The notes beneath the pieces are model-generated. The model made no database searches. It was given only the letters and a program-made list of their open reading frames with translations, and was not told where the DNA came from. From positions 1,482-65,481 of IMG/VR virus record IMGVR_UViG_3300036770_004813: a stretch of DNA of 64,000 nt; one strand, given 5' to 3'. Each line of letters begins with the position of its first letter. Within the stretch, counting starts at the first letter, position 1. This stretch comes from a virus. Taxonomy: Duplodnaviria > Caudoviricetes. A program made the position numbers and the translations under genes. This document shows, piece by piece, positions 56,346 through 64,000 of this stretch.

Positions 56346-56818
56346 TCAAAGTTTAGATCGTCCTACCGCTTCCGATCCCGAATCGGGCTAGGCGAAAGCT
56401 GCAGTTGGCTAACGATCCATCGAGTGTCCATGGTTGGGCTAGCAACTTCATAGTGCGGAGCGATGGGCAGCCCTGCAGAGATGGCAGAGGCGCAGGCTTC
56501 ATGCAGGGTGAGACCTTTGCTTTTGAAGTAGCCCGCGAGGTCTGACGGGGCTAATACCTGCGAGACACGGTAGGAGTATTCCTGCGGGCGATTCCGTATG
56601 AAAACTTCATCATCAACCTTGAACAGGGTGTTGGAGGGGGTCACTGGGTGGGTGGTCTGAACACGGACCAAGAGTAGCAAGGCCATCCTGATCTGGGCAA
56701 AAGGTAGTAGGCTGTGCAAACAGAAGCCCCACCGTTTGGCGGGGCTCTGCTGATCGCCTTCCCGAGCTTCCCGGCAGAAGAAAAGCGATCTTTGTTCCTT
56801 ACCACCCCATGATTCTAC

Positions 56819-57100
56819 ATGAACCAAACGCAAAAAGAAGAAGCCACCGTCCAGATTCCAATGAAGTTGGTCGAGGAGTGTGTGGAATACAAGGAGGCCC
56901 TGTTTGTTTACGGTTGGCTCACTGCTCATGAGTGCGATGCGGTTTCACTGGAAATCGTGGCAGCTCATTGCGGCATAAGTTTCATAGAGGCCTTTAGAAG
57001 CATTGCTTGGCTTGAGGCAAGGGGCTGGATTGAGTTGTATGAAGATCCAGGGAAAACTTCCCCTTGCCCGGTCGTCACCGCTTCCAGCGAGAGAACCTGA
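56819..57100 (+). CDS. Winged-HTH protein
   Basis: SLEIVAAHCGIS...RSIAWLEARGWI. Confidence 0.6.
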   Translation: MNQTQKEEATVQIPMKLVEECVEYKEALFVYGWLTAHECDAVSLEIVAAHCGISFIEAFRSIAWLEARGWIELYEDPGKTSPCPVVTASSERT

Positions 57101-57103
57101 AAA

Positions 57104-58249
57104 ATGACAACTTCATACGCGGGACAGGGCTACACATTTACGGCCCTTCCGACATGGCTCAGGGGCCAGGCGACGCCTTGGGAGGGATGGGTGATGTGGG
57201 TTTTGCAAAGCCACTACCCAACGATCAAACCAAGCCTTTCGCTACTGGAGAAGGAAACGGGCATCAGCCGCTCGAAGCTCTGCCAGGTGCTGGCGGACAT
57301 GGAACGCAAGGGCTGGCTGACGAGGGAACAGGTTTTTTCGTCAAACGGCAGGAAGGCAAACACGATCTATCGGCTGAGCGTGTGGGAGGAAAACCGGGAT
57401 GGAATCGGTAGTGCGCGTGGCGGACTAGTGCGTGAGACGGACTATCAGGGTAGTGCGCAGGACGGACTAGGGATAGTGCGCCACACGGACTACCCTAGTG
57501 CGCCACACGCACTTAAAGAAAAACAAGTTAAGAAGATCAAGAAATCCAAGAAAACAGCCAAAGAACCCCCCTTTGTGTTTCCCCCCGCTGGGGAAAGCGC
57601 CGGGCAAGCCGTCGCTACACACATCCACTCGGACCCGTATCCAGACCCGCTCGAAGACCAAGACCCAAACCCACTTCCTGAACATCCTGATCCATGTCCG
57701 CACAAAGAAACCCACCAGAGGCCCCTGGAAGCCGCTGTGAGCGTCGAAAACCCTCTTGAGGCATCTTTCCCCGATCAGCCCCAGCAAGGGGCCTTAGAGG
57801 CGCTTCCAGAGGCCCCTGACGAAAACACCTCTGCCAAGGGCAAAAAAGCCAGCTTTCAGCCAACAAAGGCTGATATACCCGCCATTTTACTGCCAGTTGC
57901 CCCGGAAATACTGGGTTTCTGGAAGGCAAAGGCAGGGAAGAAAACTTCCGAGGCTTGGAATGGCCTGCTGGCAAACCTCCACAAAATCTGGGACGACCCT
58001 GCCGGTGGAACGGACGTTCTGCGGCAGCAGCTTGAGGCAGGCATTGAAGCTAAAACTTACGGCAAAGGTTGGCAGTCGATTACTTATGCCAACTGGTCAA
58101 AATATGGCAAGGAATGGCATAGGTCAAATAATCAGCCACGGCTAACAGAAAACCAAAAAACAAGCCTGCTTGCTGTTGCCAAGATCCGCGCAATGGAAGC
58201 AGCAAAGAATCAAACAACTAACCCAATCCTCGAAGGAGCTTCACTGTGA
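57104..58249 (+). CDS. Replication initiator (lambda O-like, N-terminal wHTH)
   Basis: PSLSLLEKETGISRSKL...MERKGWL; internal iterons followed by an A-rich tract. Confidence 0.85.
   Translation: MTTSYAGQGYTFTALPTWLRGQATPWEGWVMWVLQSHYPTIKPSLSLLEKETGISRSKLCQVLADMERKGWLTREQVFSSNGRKANTIYRLSVWEENRDGIGSARGGLVRETDYQGSAQDGLGIVRHTDYPSAPHALKEKQVKKIKKSKKTAKEPPFVFPPAGESAGQAVATHIHSDPYPDPLEDQDPNPLPEHPDPCPHKETHQRPLEAAVSVENPLEASFPDQPQQGALEALPEAPDENTSAKGKKASFQPTKADIPAILLPVAPEILGFWKAKAGKKTSEAWNGLLANLHKIWDDPAGGTDVLRQQLEAGIEAKTYGKGWQSITYANWSKYGKEWHRSNNQPRLTENQKTSLLAVAKIRAMEAAKNQTTNPILEGASL
57409..57514. repeat. Origin iterons: five 19-bp TAGTGCG-N5-CGGACTA units
   Basis: 57409-57427, 57426-57444, 57451-57469, 57474-57492, 57496-57514; A-rich tract follows. 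Confidence 0.9.
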
Positions 58250-59148
58250 TTAACGACATGATCTTTATCGAGACGATGACCTACCTGCTGGAGCTGCTGC
58301 CCATGCAGAAGGCATTAAGCGAAGATGGCAAGGTTATGCTTTGGCAGACCTTTCCTGCTACAGCAAAATTAGACTTAACGCGAGAATCATTGCAATACGC
58401 AGCGGGTCAAAGAATGCTAGACCCCGAACCACCTAAGGAGATTCCGCTACATCTTTCCCTGTTACGTTACCTATATCCATTGGAGAACAATAGGGGCGCT
58501 GTTGAACGTGGCTTACGGCCTGATTTAGCCGAGCGGATGAAACGGCCTGAGGTGTTTCATGATCCACAACCGGTCAGACATGAGCAAAAGTTAGCGCATG
58601 AACTGAGAAGGATTGCCCCTAGCGGTTATTGGACGCCCAGCATGATGAGCGATGAACAGAAACAAAATCACCTAGAAGCTATTAAGCGGCAGGTAGAGGA
58701 ACTAGACCTAGATCCCACAAGTGATCCGCTGACTATTCAGCAGTTGATTGAAGGCAAAAAGTGGTTCAAGGATGCCCTGAAGGGCTATTGGACCTTAAAG
58801 GCTGATGCGGGCGGCATTGCAAAGGGCTGGGTTGCCAGGAACCGCAGGGAGTCCATGAGGCTGATCCATGAAGCCATGGGGCTAGAGGTTCCCACGGAGG
58901 AGCAACAGGAGCAGACCACGGCAAGGGCTGCCTTTAGAGACGGCAGGGATCAGCGTGCATGGATGATTGCGGAGCTTGCACGGCAACGGGAGAACGATCA
59001 GGGAGGTTATGGCGGGCCTTTGGTGGTTGAGCTGCCGCCACCGATAGAAGAGCCCGCAGCGGCAGAGATGACCGTCACGGTGGAGGTGACCACCCCTTCT
59101 GAACCACCGTTGCTGTCGGCAGGTATTGGCGAGGTGGAGGCATGGTGA
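58246..59148 (+). CDS. Replication accessory protein (helicase-loader position)
   Basis: GTGA-coupled downstream of the initiator. Confidence 0.5.
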   Translation: MINDMIFIETMTYLLELLPMQKALSEDGKVMLWQTFPATAKLDLTRESLQYAAGQRMLDPEPPKEIPLHLSLLRYLYPLENNRGAVERGLRPDLAERMKRPEVFHDPQPVRHEQKLAHELRRIAPSGYWTPSMMSDEQKQNHLEAIKRQVEELDLDPTSDPLTIQQLIEGKKWFKDALKGYWTLKADAGGIAKGWVARNRRESMRLIHEAMGLEVPTEEQQEQTTARAAFRDGRDQRAWMIAELARQRENDQGGYGGPLVVELPPPIEEPAAAEMTVTVEVTTPSEPPLLSAGIGEVEAW

Positions 59149-59741
59149 ACCTCAAAAGCGATTGCACCCCAGAGCCTGCGGAGGGCATCTTCTGGCACCC
59201 TGGCCCACCTGATGGAAAAATCCTGATGCCTGCTGCCGTGGTGGTTGCTGGTGGGTTCCCGAGCGATCCTGCAGCGCCACCACGATGCAAAGCGCTACGG
59301 ATGGCCATGATCGGTAGGGCACGGGACAAGGGTTACAAGCCGAAGCCTGGTAACCCTGCTGTCGAGGCCCTGCTTTCGGATGGATTTTGGGATCGAATCA
59401 CAATCGAAGCCACGGTGCTACATCTTGCGCTGACGCGGAATGATGCTGCCGTTACGGTTGACGTGGTTGCACGGTTTAGAGATGGCAAGTTGGCATTCCT
59501 TGCCGTCTGGCCAGAGGATAAGGATGGGTTGATTCATCCCAGTGCGCCATGGGCTGAGCTGGGGGCTGGTGTTGCTGCCGCCGCTGATCGTGGTGTGATG
59601 GTTGATAAGGTCGGCCTGATCTGGGCAGGGGAGAAGGTCAAACTTGAGGCGGCAGATCCCAATAAGGCACTAGGTTTATGGTGTGACGCGGTGGATTTGC
59701 ATCGGTTTTATGAGAGGCGGAAGCTGGCGGTGGCGGCTTAA
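59142..59741 (+). CDS. Hypothetical protein, possibly a degenerate PD-(D/E)XK fold
   Basis: IEATV...TVDVVARFRDGKLAFL, but no D-x-K catalytic motif. Confidence 0.4.
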   Translation: MVNLKSDCTPEPAEGIFWHPGPPDGKILMPAAVVVAGGFPSDPAAPPRCKALRMAMIGRARDKGYKPKPGNPAVEALLSDGFWDRITIEATVLHLALTRNDAAVTVDVVARFRDGKLAFLAVWPEDKDGLIHPSAPWAELGAGVAAAADRGVMVDKVGLIWAGEKVKLEAADPNKALGLWCDAVDLHRFYERRKLAVAA

Positions 59742-59819
59742 ACCACAAAAAGCCCAGCAATGCTGAGCCTTTGCAGGGTTTCATGGGGACCGCTTGCCCC
59801 CAGATGCTTTAAGCCTAGC

Positions 59820-60026
59820 TCAGCAGCCTTTCAGCTTGCGGATTAATTCTTCCATCTCTAGCTGCTTTTCTTTTATTTTTAAGATTTCTTCCTCTATCTT
59901 TGAACATTCTTTTGTGATGTTTAAGGACTCTTCTTCCATGCTTTTCAGATTGTTTATGATCTCTGATCTTTGTTTTGCTATTTTTGAGAAGCCGTTTAAT
60001 GATGCTAAGAGTTCAAGGAGTTTCAT
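59820..60026 (-). CDS. AT-rich coiled-coil protein
   Basis: E/K-rich heptads. Confidence 0.45.
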   Translation of the reverse strand: MKLLELLASLNGFSKIAKQRSEIINNLKSMEEESLNITKECSKIEEEILKIKEKQLEMEELIRKLKGC

Positions 60027-60062
60027 AAGGGTTGGGTGATTGGCGGCTTAACTTAAAGGGGA

Positions 60063-60218
60063 TTAAGTTGAGGCGTCTTGCAAGTGGTTTTTAATTGCTT
60101 CGCGCACGAAGACGCTAACGGGAATATCTATCTTTTTGCAGTGCTCATAAAGTTTAGAATGTAGATCAGCTTGCATTGTGACTGAAATCACTTGGCGACC
60201 GTTGGGACGCTTTGTCAT
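60063..60218 (-). CDS. Ribbon-helix-helix regulator
   Basis: VISVTMQADLHSKL...IPVSVFVREAI; ATGA-coupled to the ParB-DUF5131 gene. Confidence 0.75.
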   Translation of the reverse strand: MTKRPNGRQVISVTMQADLHSKLYEHCKKIDIPVSVFVREAIKNHLQDAST

Positions 60219-61726
60219 TGTGGAACCTCTCGCAGCAGCTTCATGCCGGGCATGCTTCCCGAAGGTCTGCCTAGCAGATTGTTTTTCATCCAAACTTTAC
60301 AGCCATCGCGTCGAGCGGTTGCTACTAAGTCGGCTACCCACTCAAACGGTGGAGAAAATGATGGATTTTGACCGATATTCTCTGACTGCGCCCCTATAAC
60401 AATCCAATCAATACCTTCTAAGCTGGAAAACTTGATCGGCTCTAGCAGTGGCTCTAGGGAGAGCCACTTAACTTTGACGCCTGACACTTTGCGCATAGCG
60501 GCCAAGGTCGGCTCGGCACGATGCTGTTCATCCACCGACGCACCAATCCAGCCACTAGCAGGAAGTTGCAGACGGTCGTAACGCTGCGGAAATTTTGTGA
60601 GATACAGGTACTCCCACTGTGGGTTGGCCACCGTAGAAGCTACCACTTGATCTATCCATTCCTGAGGCACCCAGGCGCCAAACAGATCCGCCATTGAGCA
60701 GACGAAAACACGGCCAAACGCTGGATCTTCTAGGGCACGCTGTGGAACTGGCGTGTTCCGTGGTGCTTCTAGCCGCTCATGGTGAAACAACGGAGTGAAA
60801 CCTGCTGGATAGTACGGCTTCATTTCAGGCTTAAGGGCCAACGATCTGGCGTAGCAATATGTACATGTGTGCTTGCAGCCTGTTACGGGATTCCATGAGT
60901 GCATGGCCCAGCCAATTTCGTCGTCCGTCTGTTGGTTGAATGTTGCTTTGCTTTTTGGTTTTGGGTATTCATAGGAATTACCTTTGTCATCAATAAGTGT
61001 GATGATTTCCCTGTCGCTAACCTTGGGTCGCTCTGGTTGGGGTTGGCTGGCGGCTTGCTCTCGCTGACGCTGCTGCGCTTCGCGGTGCGCCTTGTCCAGC
61101 GCCATGGTGCCGGCCTGCACCTGGGGCAGCAGGTCGGGTGCGACCTTGGCCACGCGTGCGGCCTGTTCAACGGCGCGGGGGCTTGCTCCTACGGCTTTGG
61201 CGGCTTGGGCTGCTGTTTCCCGTTCCTTGCGACGATACTCTTGCCGTTGCTGATCCGCCTGCCAAAGCGCTGAATTGTCCATCACTGGGCGGCTAACCTC
61301 CCGCAGATCTGCGGGAGGTTTCTCAGAGGGCCTCCCAGGAGCCGAAGACCTGCCAGCTTCAGCCAGTCGTTCCTTGGCCGCAGGCTGCAGCAACTCCCGC
61401 ACCTTCAGCGCCACAACAGCACGCTGACCCGCGTTCAGATGCCGCCGATGCAGGTTTGCGCTCAGGCTGAACTGCACAGGGTCGTCCCCGTCGTAACGCT
61501 CTAGCACCACTTCTTGGTTAGTGCGGTAACAGGCAACCAGTCGATTCCGACCATCCAGCAGCGTGCCATCACGCCATACGATTATTGGCTGCTGCAATCC
61601 TCGTTCTTTGATGTCGGCGCACAGCTCGCGCAGCTCTTCACCTTCAACCATCGGAAACAGATCCGCTGCAGGATGAAGGCCGGTGATTTCGTCATAGTGC
61701 CTGAGAATTTCGTTCCAATCCATCAC
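60215..61726 (-). CDS. ParB-like N-domain fused to DUF5131 (gp37/gp68, three-Cys radical-SAM-like) domain
   Basis: HPAADLFP...GLQQPI...LDGRNR; WNPVTGCKHTCTYCYA, RVFVCSMADLF, LTKFPQR, WLSLEPLL, DWIVIG. Confidence 0.9.
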   Translation of the reverse strand: MMDWNEILRHYDEITGLHPAADLFPMVEGEELRELCADIKERGLQQPIIVWRDGTLLDGRNRLVACYRTNQEVVLERYDGDDPVQFSLSANLHRRHLNAGQRAVVALKVRELLQPAAKERLAEAGRSSAPGRPSEKPPADLREVSRPVMDNSALWQADQQRQEYRRKERETAAQAAKAVGASPRAVEQAARVAKVAPDLLPQVQAGTMALDKAHREAQQRQREQAASQPQPERPKVSDREIITLIDDKGNSYEYPKPKSKATFNQQTDDEIGWAMHSWNPVTGCKHTCTYCYARSLALKPEMKPYYPAGFTPLFHHERLEAPRNTPVPQRALEDPAFGRVFVCSMADLFGAWVPQEWIDQVVASTVANPQWEYLYLTKFPQRYDRLQLPASGWIGASVDEQHRAEPTLAAMRKVSGVKVKWLSLEPLLEPIKFSSLEGIDWIVIGAQSENIGQNPSFSPPFEWVADLVATARRDGCKVWMKNNLLGRPSGSMPGMKLLREVPQ

Positions 61727-62667
61727 AGTTGCACTCCACGGCTAAATTCATCACGAGTCAGAAACAGGAATCGCTGCAGCTCATAAAACGCGGCAGGATC
61801 TTCCTTGCGCCAAACCACCTGGGGGGGTGCTGTGATCTTTTTTTCTAGTTTCTGAGCAGCCTGCAGGCATTCGGTCGTTATATCTTTGCGCCACTTGGCA
61901 GGGGCCGTAATCAGATATGCCCACTGATCGGCGCCACCAACAGAAAACAAGCAGGCATCGTGCCAGTTCTGCAACAGCGACTCACACAAGATCTCAACAC
62001 GCATAAACCACTCGCGGCGCTTCTCCTCTTCAATACGCTTTAAGCCGCCAACATTGCAGCCAAGCGTAGACAGTGAAGTGGTGAACTTTGGAAAGTTGCG
62101 GACAAATTCAGGAGTTAGGCTCCAGTCTTCAATATGGTTTGGGTCGTTGTAAATAAAAGATGCAGCGTTGCGGGTTATCAGTGGAGGCTGCAGTTCTTGA
62201 GAGTTTGCATGTAAATAACGCACTTCACCCCACCCCTTTTGATGCACGCCACGAGAAAGCTCTGACCATCCATTCAAGGCAAGCCACCGATTGGTATTCT
62301 TGATTAGCTCAGCATGGGTGATGGCTTGTTTTTCGCAACCAATCAACTGAACTGGAATCATCCATCGACTTACTAGCCAGTCGGCATGACGGAGGAAGAT
62401 ACCCGGAGAGCATCCATCGACAAAAGCAGCCTCAGGCAGGAGTTCACCCTGTTCTGCCGAAATGTATGGGACTCCATCGCCAGCCGTGAGGTCATAGAGC
62501 AGGACCTCTTTGACTGGAGGCGTTCCACGGCTCAGGACCCCCATTTCCCGGCCAAGCAGTCGATTGAGTAAAAAGTGCTTGCACGGCGTGATGCCCGACT
62601 TTCCAGGTGCTTCGCCCTTGCTGCGTTTAGGCGCAGATCCAAATCCAACAACTGATGCAACGCCCAT
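61723..62667 (-). CDS. TcmP-like (three-Cys-motif partner) SAM-binding-fold protein
   Basis: KHFLL, LLYDLTAGDG, GCSP, FIYNDPN; coupled to the DUF5131 gene. Confidence 0.65.
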   Translation of the reverse strand: MGVASVVGFGSAPKRSKGEAPGKSGITPCKHFLLNRLLGREMGVLSRGTPPVKEVLLYDLTAGDGVPYISAEQGELLPEAAFVDGCSPGIFLRHADWLVSRWMIPVQLIGCEKQAITHAELIKNTNRWLALNGWSELSRGVHQKGWGEVRYLHANSQELQPPLITRNAASFIYNDPNHIEDWSLTPEFVRNFPKFTTSLSTLGCNVGGLKRIEEEKRREWFMRVEILCESLLQNWHDACLFSVGGADQWAYLITAPAKWRKDITTECLQAAQKLEKKITAPPQVVWRKEDPAAFYELQRFLFLTRDEFSRGVQL

Positions 62668-62707
62668 TGCCGGCTTACTCAGAACACGCTTAGATCATAT
62701 ATGATCC

Positions 62708-63157
62708 GTGTCCGGACCCGTACTGTTGCAATGCGTGCAATCCTCCATCACCTTCACCGTCCAAGGCATGGCGCCAGCGCCGCAGGGGAGCAAACGGGCC
62801 TTGGGTAACGGGCGCATGATCGAATCCTGCAAAAACGTGAAGCCCTGGCGGATGCTGGTGGCCGAGGCTGCCCTGGCCACCGGAGCCCCACTGATCAAAA
62901 CCCCTGTCAGGCTATCAATAGTATTTCTGTTCTTGCGACCAAAAGGCCACTACGGGAAAAAAGGCCTTAAGCCATCGGCGCCCGCCCATCACCACACCAG
63001 GCCAGACGTAGACAAGCTCCAAAGGTCTACGTTTGATGCCTTAACGGGAACACTAATCCATGATGATTCGCTGATTGTCGGCTGTGCTGCAGAGAAGCGA
63101 TATTGCGTTGGAGACGAGAGGCCCGGTGCCATTATTACGCTGATTCCATTGCATTAA
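62708..63157 (+). CDS. rusA: RusA-family Holliday junction resolvase
   Basis: PAPQGSKR...RPDVDKLQRSTFDALTG..IHDDSLIV...K.Y. Confidence 0.92.
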   Translation: MSGPVLLQCVQSSITFTVQGMAPAPQGSKRALGNGRMIESCKNVKPWRMLVAEAALATGAPLIKTPVRLSIVFLFLRPKGHYGKKGLKPSAPAHHHTRPDVDKLQRSTFDALTGTLIHDDSLIVGCAAEKRYCVGDERPGAIITLIPLH

Positions 63158-63178
63158 AAAGGGGCCCGCAGGCCCCTC
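63157..63178. terminator. Terminator between convergent genes
   Basis: AAAAGGGGCC-CGCA-GGCCCCT. Confidence 0.7.
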
Positions 63179-63196
63179 ATGACAGCCGCCTGGAGG

Positions 63197-63550
63197 CTAG
63201 TTCAGAACGATTGGATCGGTAAAGATGGCTGTGTTCGTATCCTGATCTTCAGAGTCGTCTGACTCCTCTTGAAACTCAGCAAACATCAGGTTTTCTTGTG
63301 CAACCCGTAGCCGTGTGATAGTTTCGATGGAGGTAACGTCAGGCTCGTTATCAATGAGCATTTCCACGAGAGAATCAATGATCAGGCTGGCCAAATCCTG
63401 AAATTCCGTTGCATCAAAATCCTGCTCTGCCAGGGCCAGCATGGCATCAGCAGACCGCTGGGAGACAACAGGCTCATCGTCTAGCAGCTCATCCTCCTCC
63501 ACTGCGTTTGGATCTTCGAGGGGAGGAAAGCCGTTCACGCTGAGCGACAT
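63197..63550 (-). CDS. Highly acidic hypothetical protein
   Basis: D/E-rich 117-aa ORF. Confidence 0.6.
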   Translation of the reverse strand: MSLSVNGFPPLEDPNAVEEDELLDDEPVVSQRSADAMLALAEQDFDATEFQDLASLIIDSLVEMLIDNEPDVTSIETITRLRVAQENLMFAEFQEESDDSEDQDTNTAIFTDPIVLN

Positions 63551-63908
63551 GGCGATGCTGGATGGGTGCGGCCCAGTTTATCGCTGTCCTGATCGGGGCT
63601 GCTGCCAGTTGTAGCCCTCAAGACAGGGGGCAGCGTTTGCGCGTTTCGCATCATGGCCCTGCCGAATCCGGTAGTTACCACCTGCCAGGGTGGGCAACCA
63701 TGGGGAGCCCATAGCGATAGCATCTTGCAATTTTCAATCGACTTCACCCCATTAGTGCAGCGGCTGGCACCGTTACTGCAGGAACTTGAACGGATTGAAC
63801 AGTTGGCCGCCGAGCCTGACGGTAACCCAAATTCTGAAGAATCAGAACACGGCATAGACGAGGGATCCTAGTTTGCACTAAGGTGCACCTTGCGTCCAAC
63901 AAATTTAG

Positions 63909-64000
63909 ATGACGATTTCTGTTTCTCCGGCTCCCACCATGCTGACCGGCGCCGATCTGCTGGCCAGGGTGAAAGAGCTGGGCGATGCCTCCAAATCTGA
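63909..64000 (+). CDS. Cyanobacterial AbrB-like (cyAbrB) regulator, N-terminus only (runs off the window)
   Basis: MLTGADLLARVKELGDASKS matches the cyAbrB N-terminal pattern (LTG-x-x-LL-x-K/R-VKEL-x-x-x-SKS). Confidence 0.7.
   Translation, partial: MTISVSPAPTMLTGADLLARVKELGDASKS

Noticed and set aside
57409-57514. CRISPR-like mini-array
   Set aside because: Units overlap or are 3-6 bp apart, lie inside the initiator CDS and precede an A-rich tract, as expected for iterons; no cas genes
222-62720. GTCCAG/GTCCG words near several promoters (265, 27902, 35438, 55344, 62710) as repressor operators
   Set aside because: Too short and inconsistently spaced to support by eye; needs motif statistics
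1-64000. CI-type repressor, photosystem genes, DNA polymerase or host chromosomal flank
   Set aside because: None recognised in this window; they may lie outside it

Overview
This window is most of the genome of a temperate cyanobacterial siphovirus. A picocyanobacterial host (Synechococcus/Cyanobium-like) is inferred from nblA, a cyAbrB-like ORF start and cyanobacterial-type sigma factors. It appears to be the free, non-integrated form: an intact attP carrying the 3' half of tRNA-Arg(UCU) lies next to a tyrosine integrase, with phage genes on both sides. Layout: 0.3-7 kb (+) recombination genes, a sigma factor, an excisionase-like gene and small mosaic genes; 7-8.5 kb integrase and attP; 8.5-47.4 kb mostly (-) virion genes in an unusual order (terL, second sigma factor, portal, gp7-like, connectors, tail, then scaffold, capsid and fibres), interrupted by (+) islands (thyX; nblA-endolysin; several promoter-ORF-terminator cassettes); 47.4-56.1 kb (-) dcd, small genes, a DNA methyltransferase/SNF2-like helicase pair and terS; 57-59.7 kb (+) replication initiator with iterons; 60-62.7 kb (-) TcmP-like, ParB-DUF5131 and RHH operon; then rusA and a truncated cyAbrB. 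The most notable unexplained structures are: a CACCCAGCGA leader motif at the Shine-Dalgarno position with a candidate antisense structured RNA; four GCGAU-loop hairpins in head-gene leaders; about 19 copies of a GGGAAAACT late-promoter motif next to a SigB/F-like sigma factor; a block-shuffled small-gene family; and a possible DNA-modification operon. All family assignments come from motif recognition by eye; no database searches were run.
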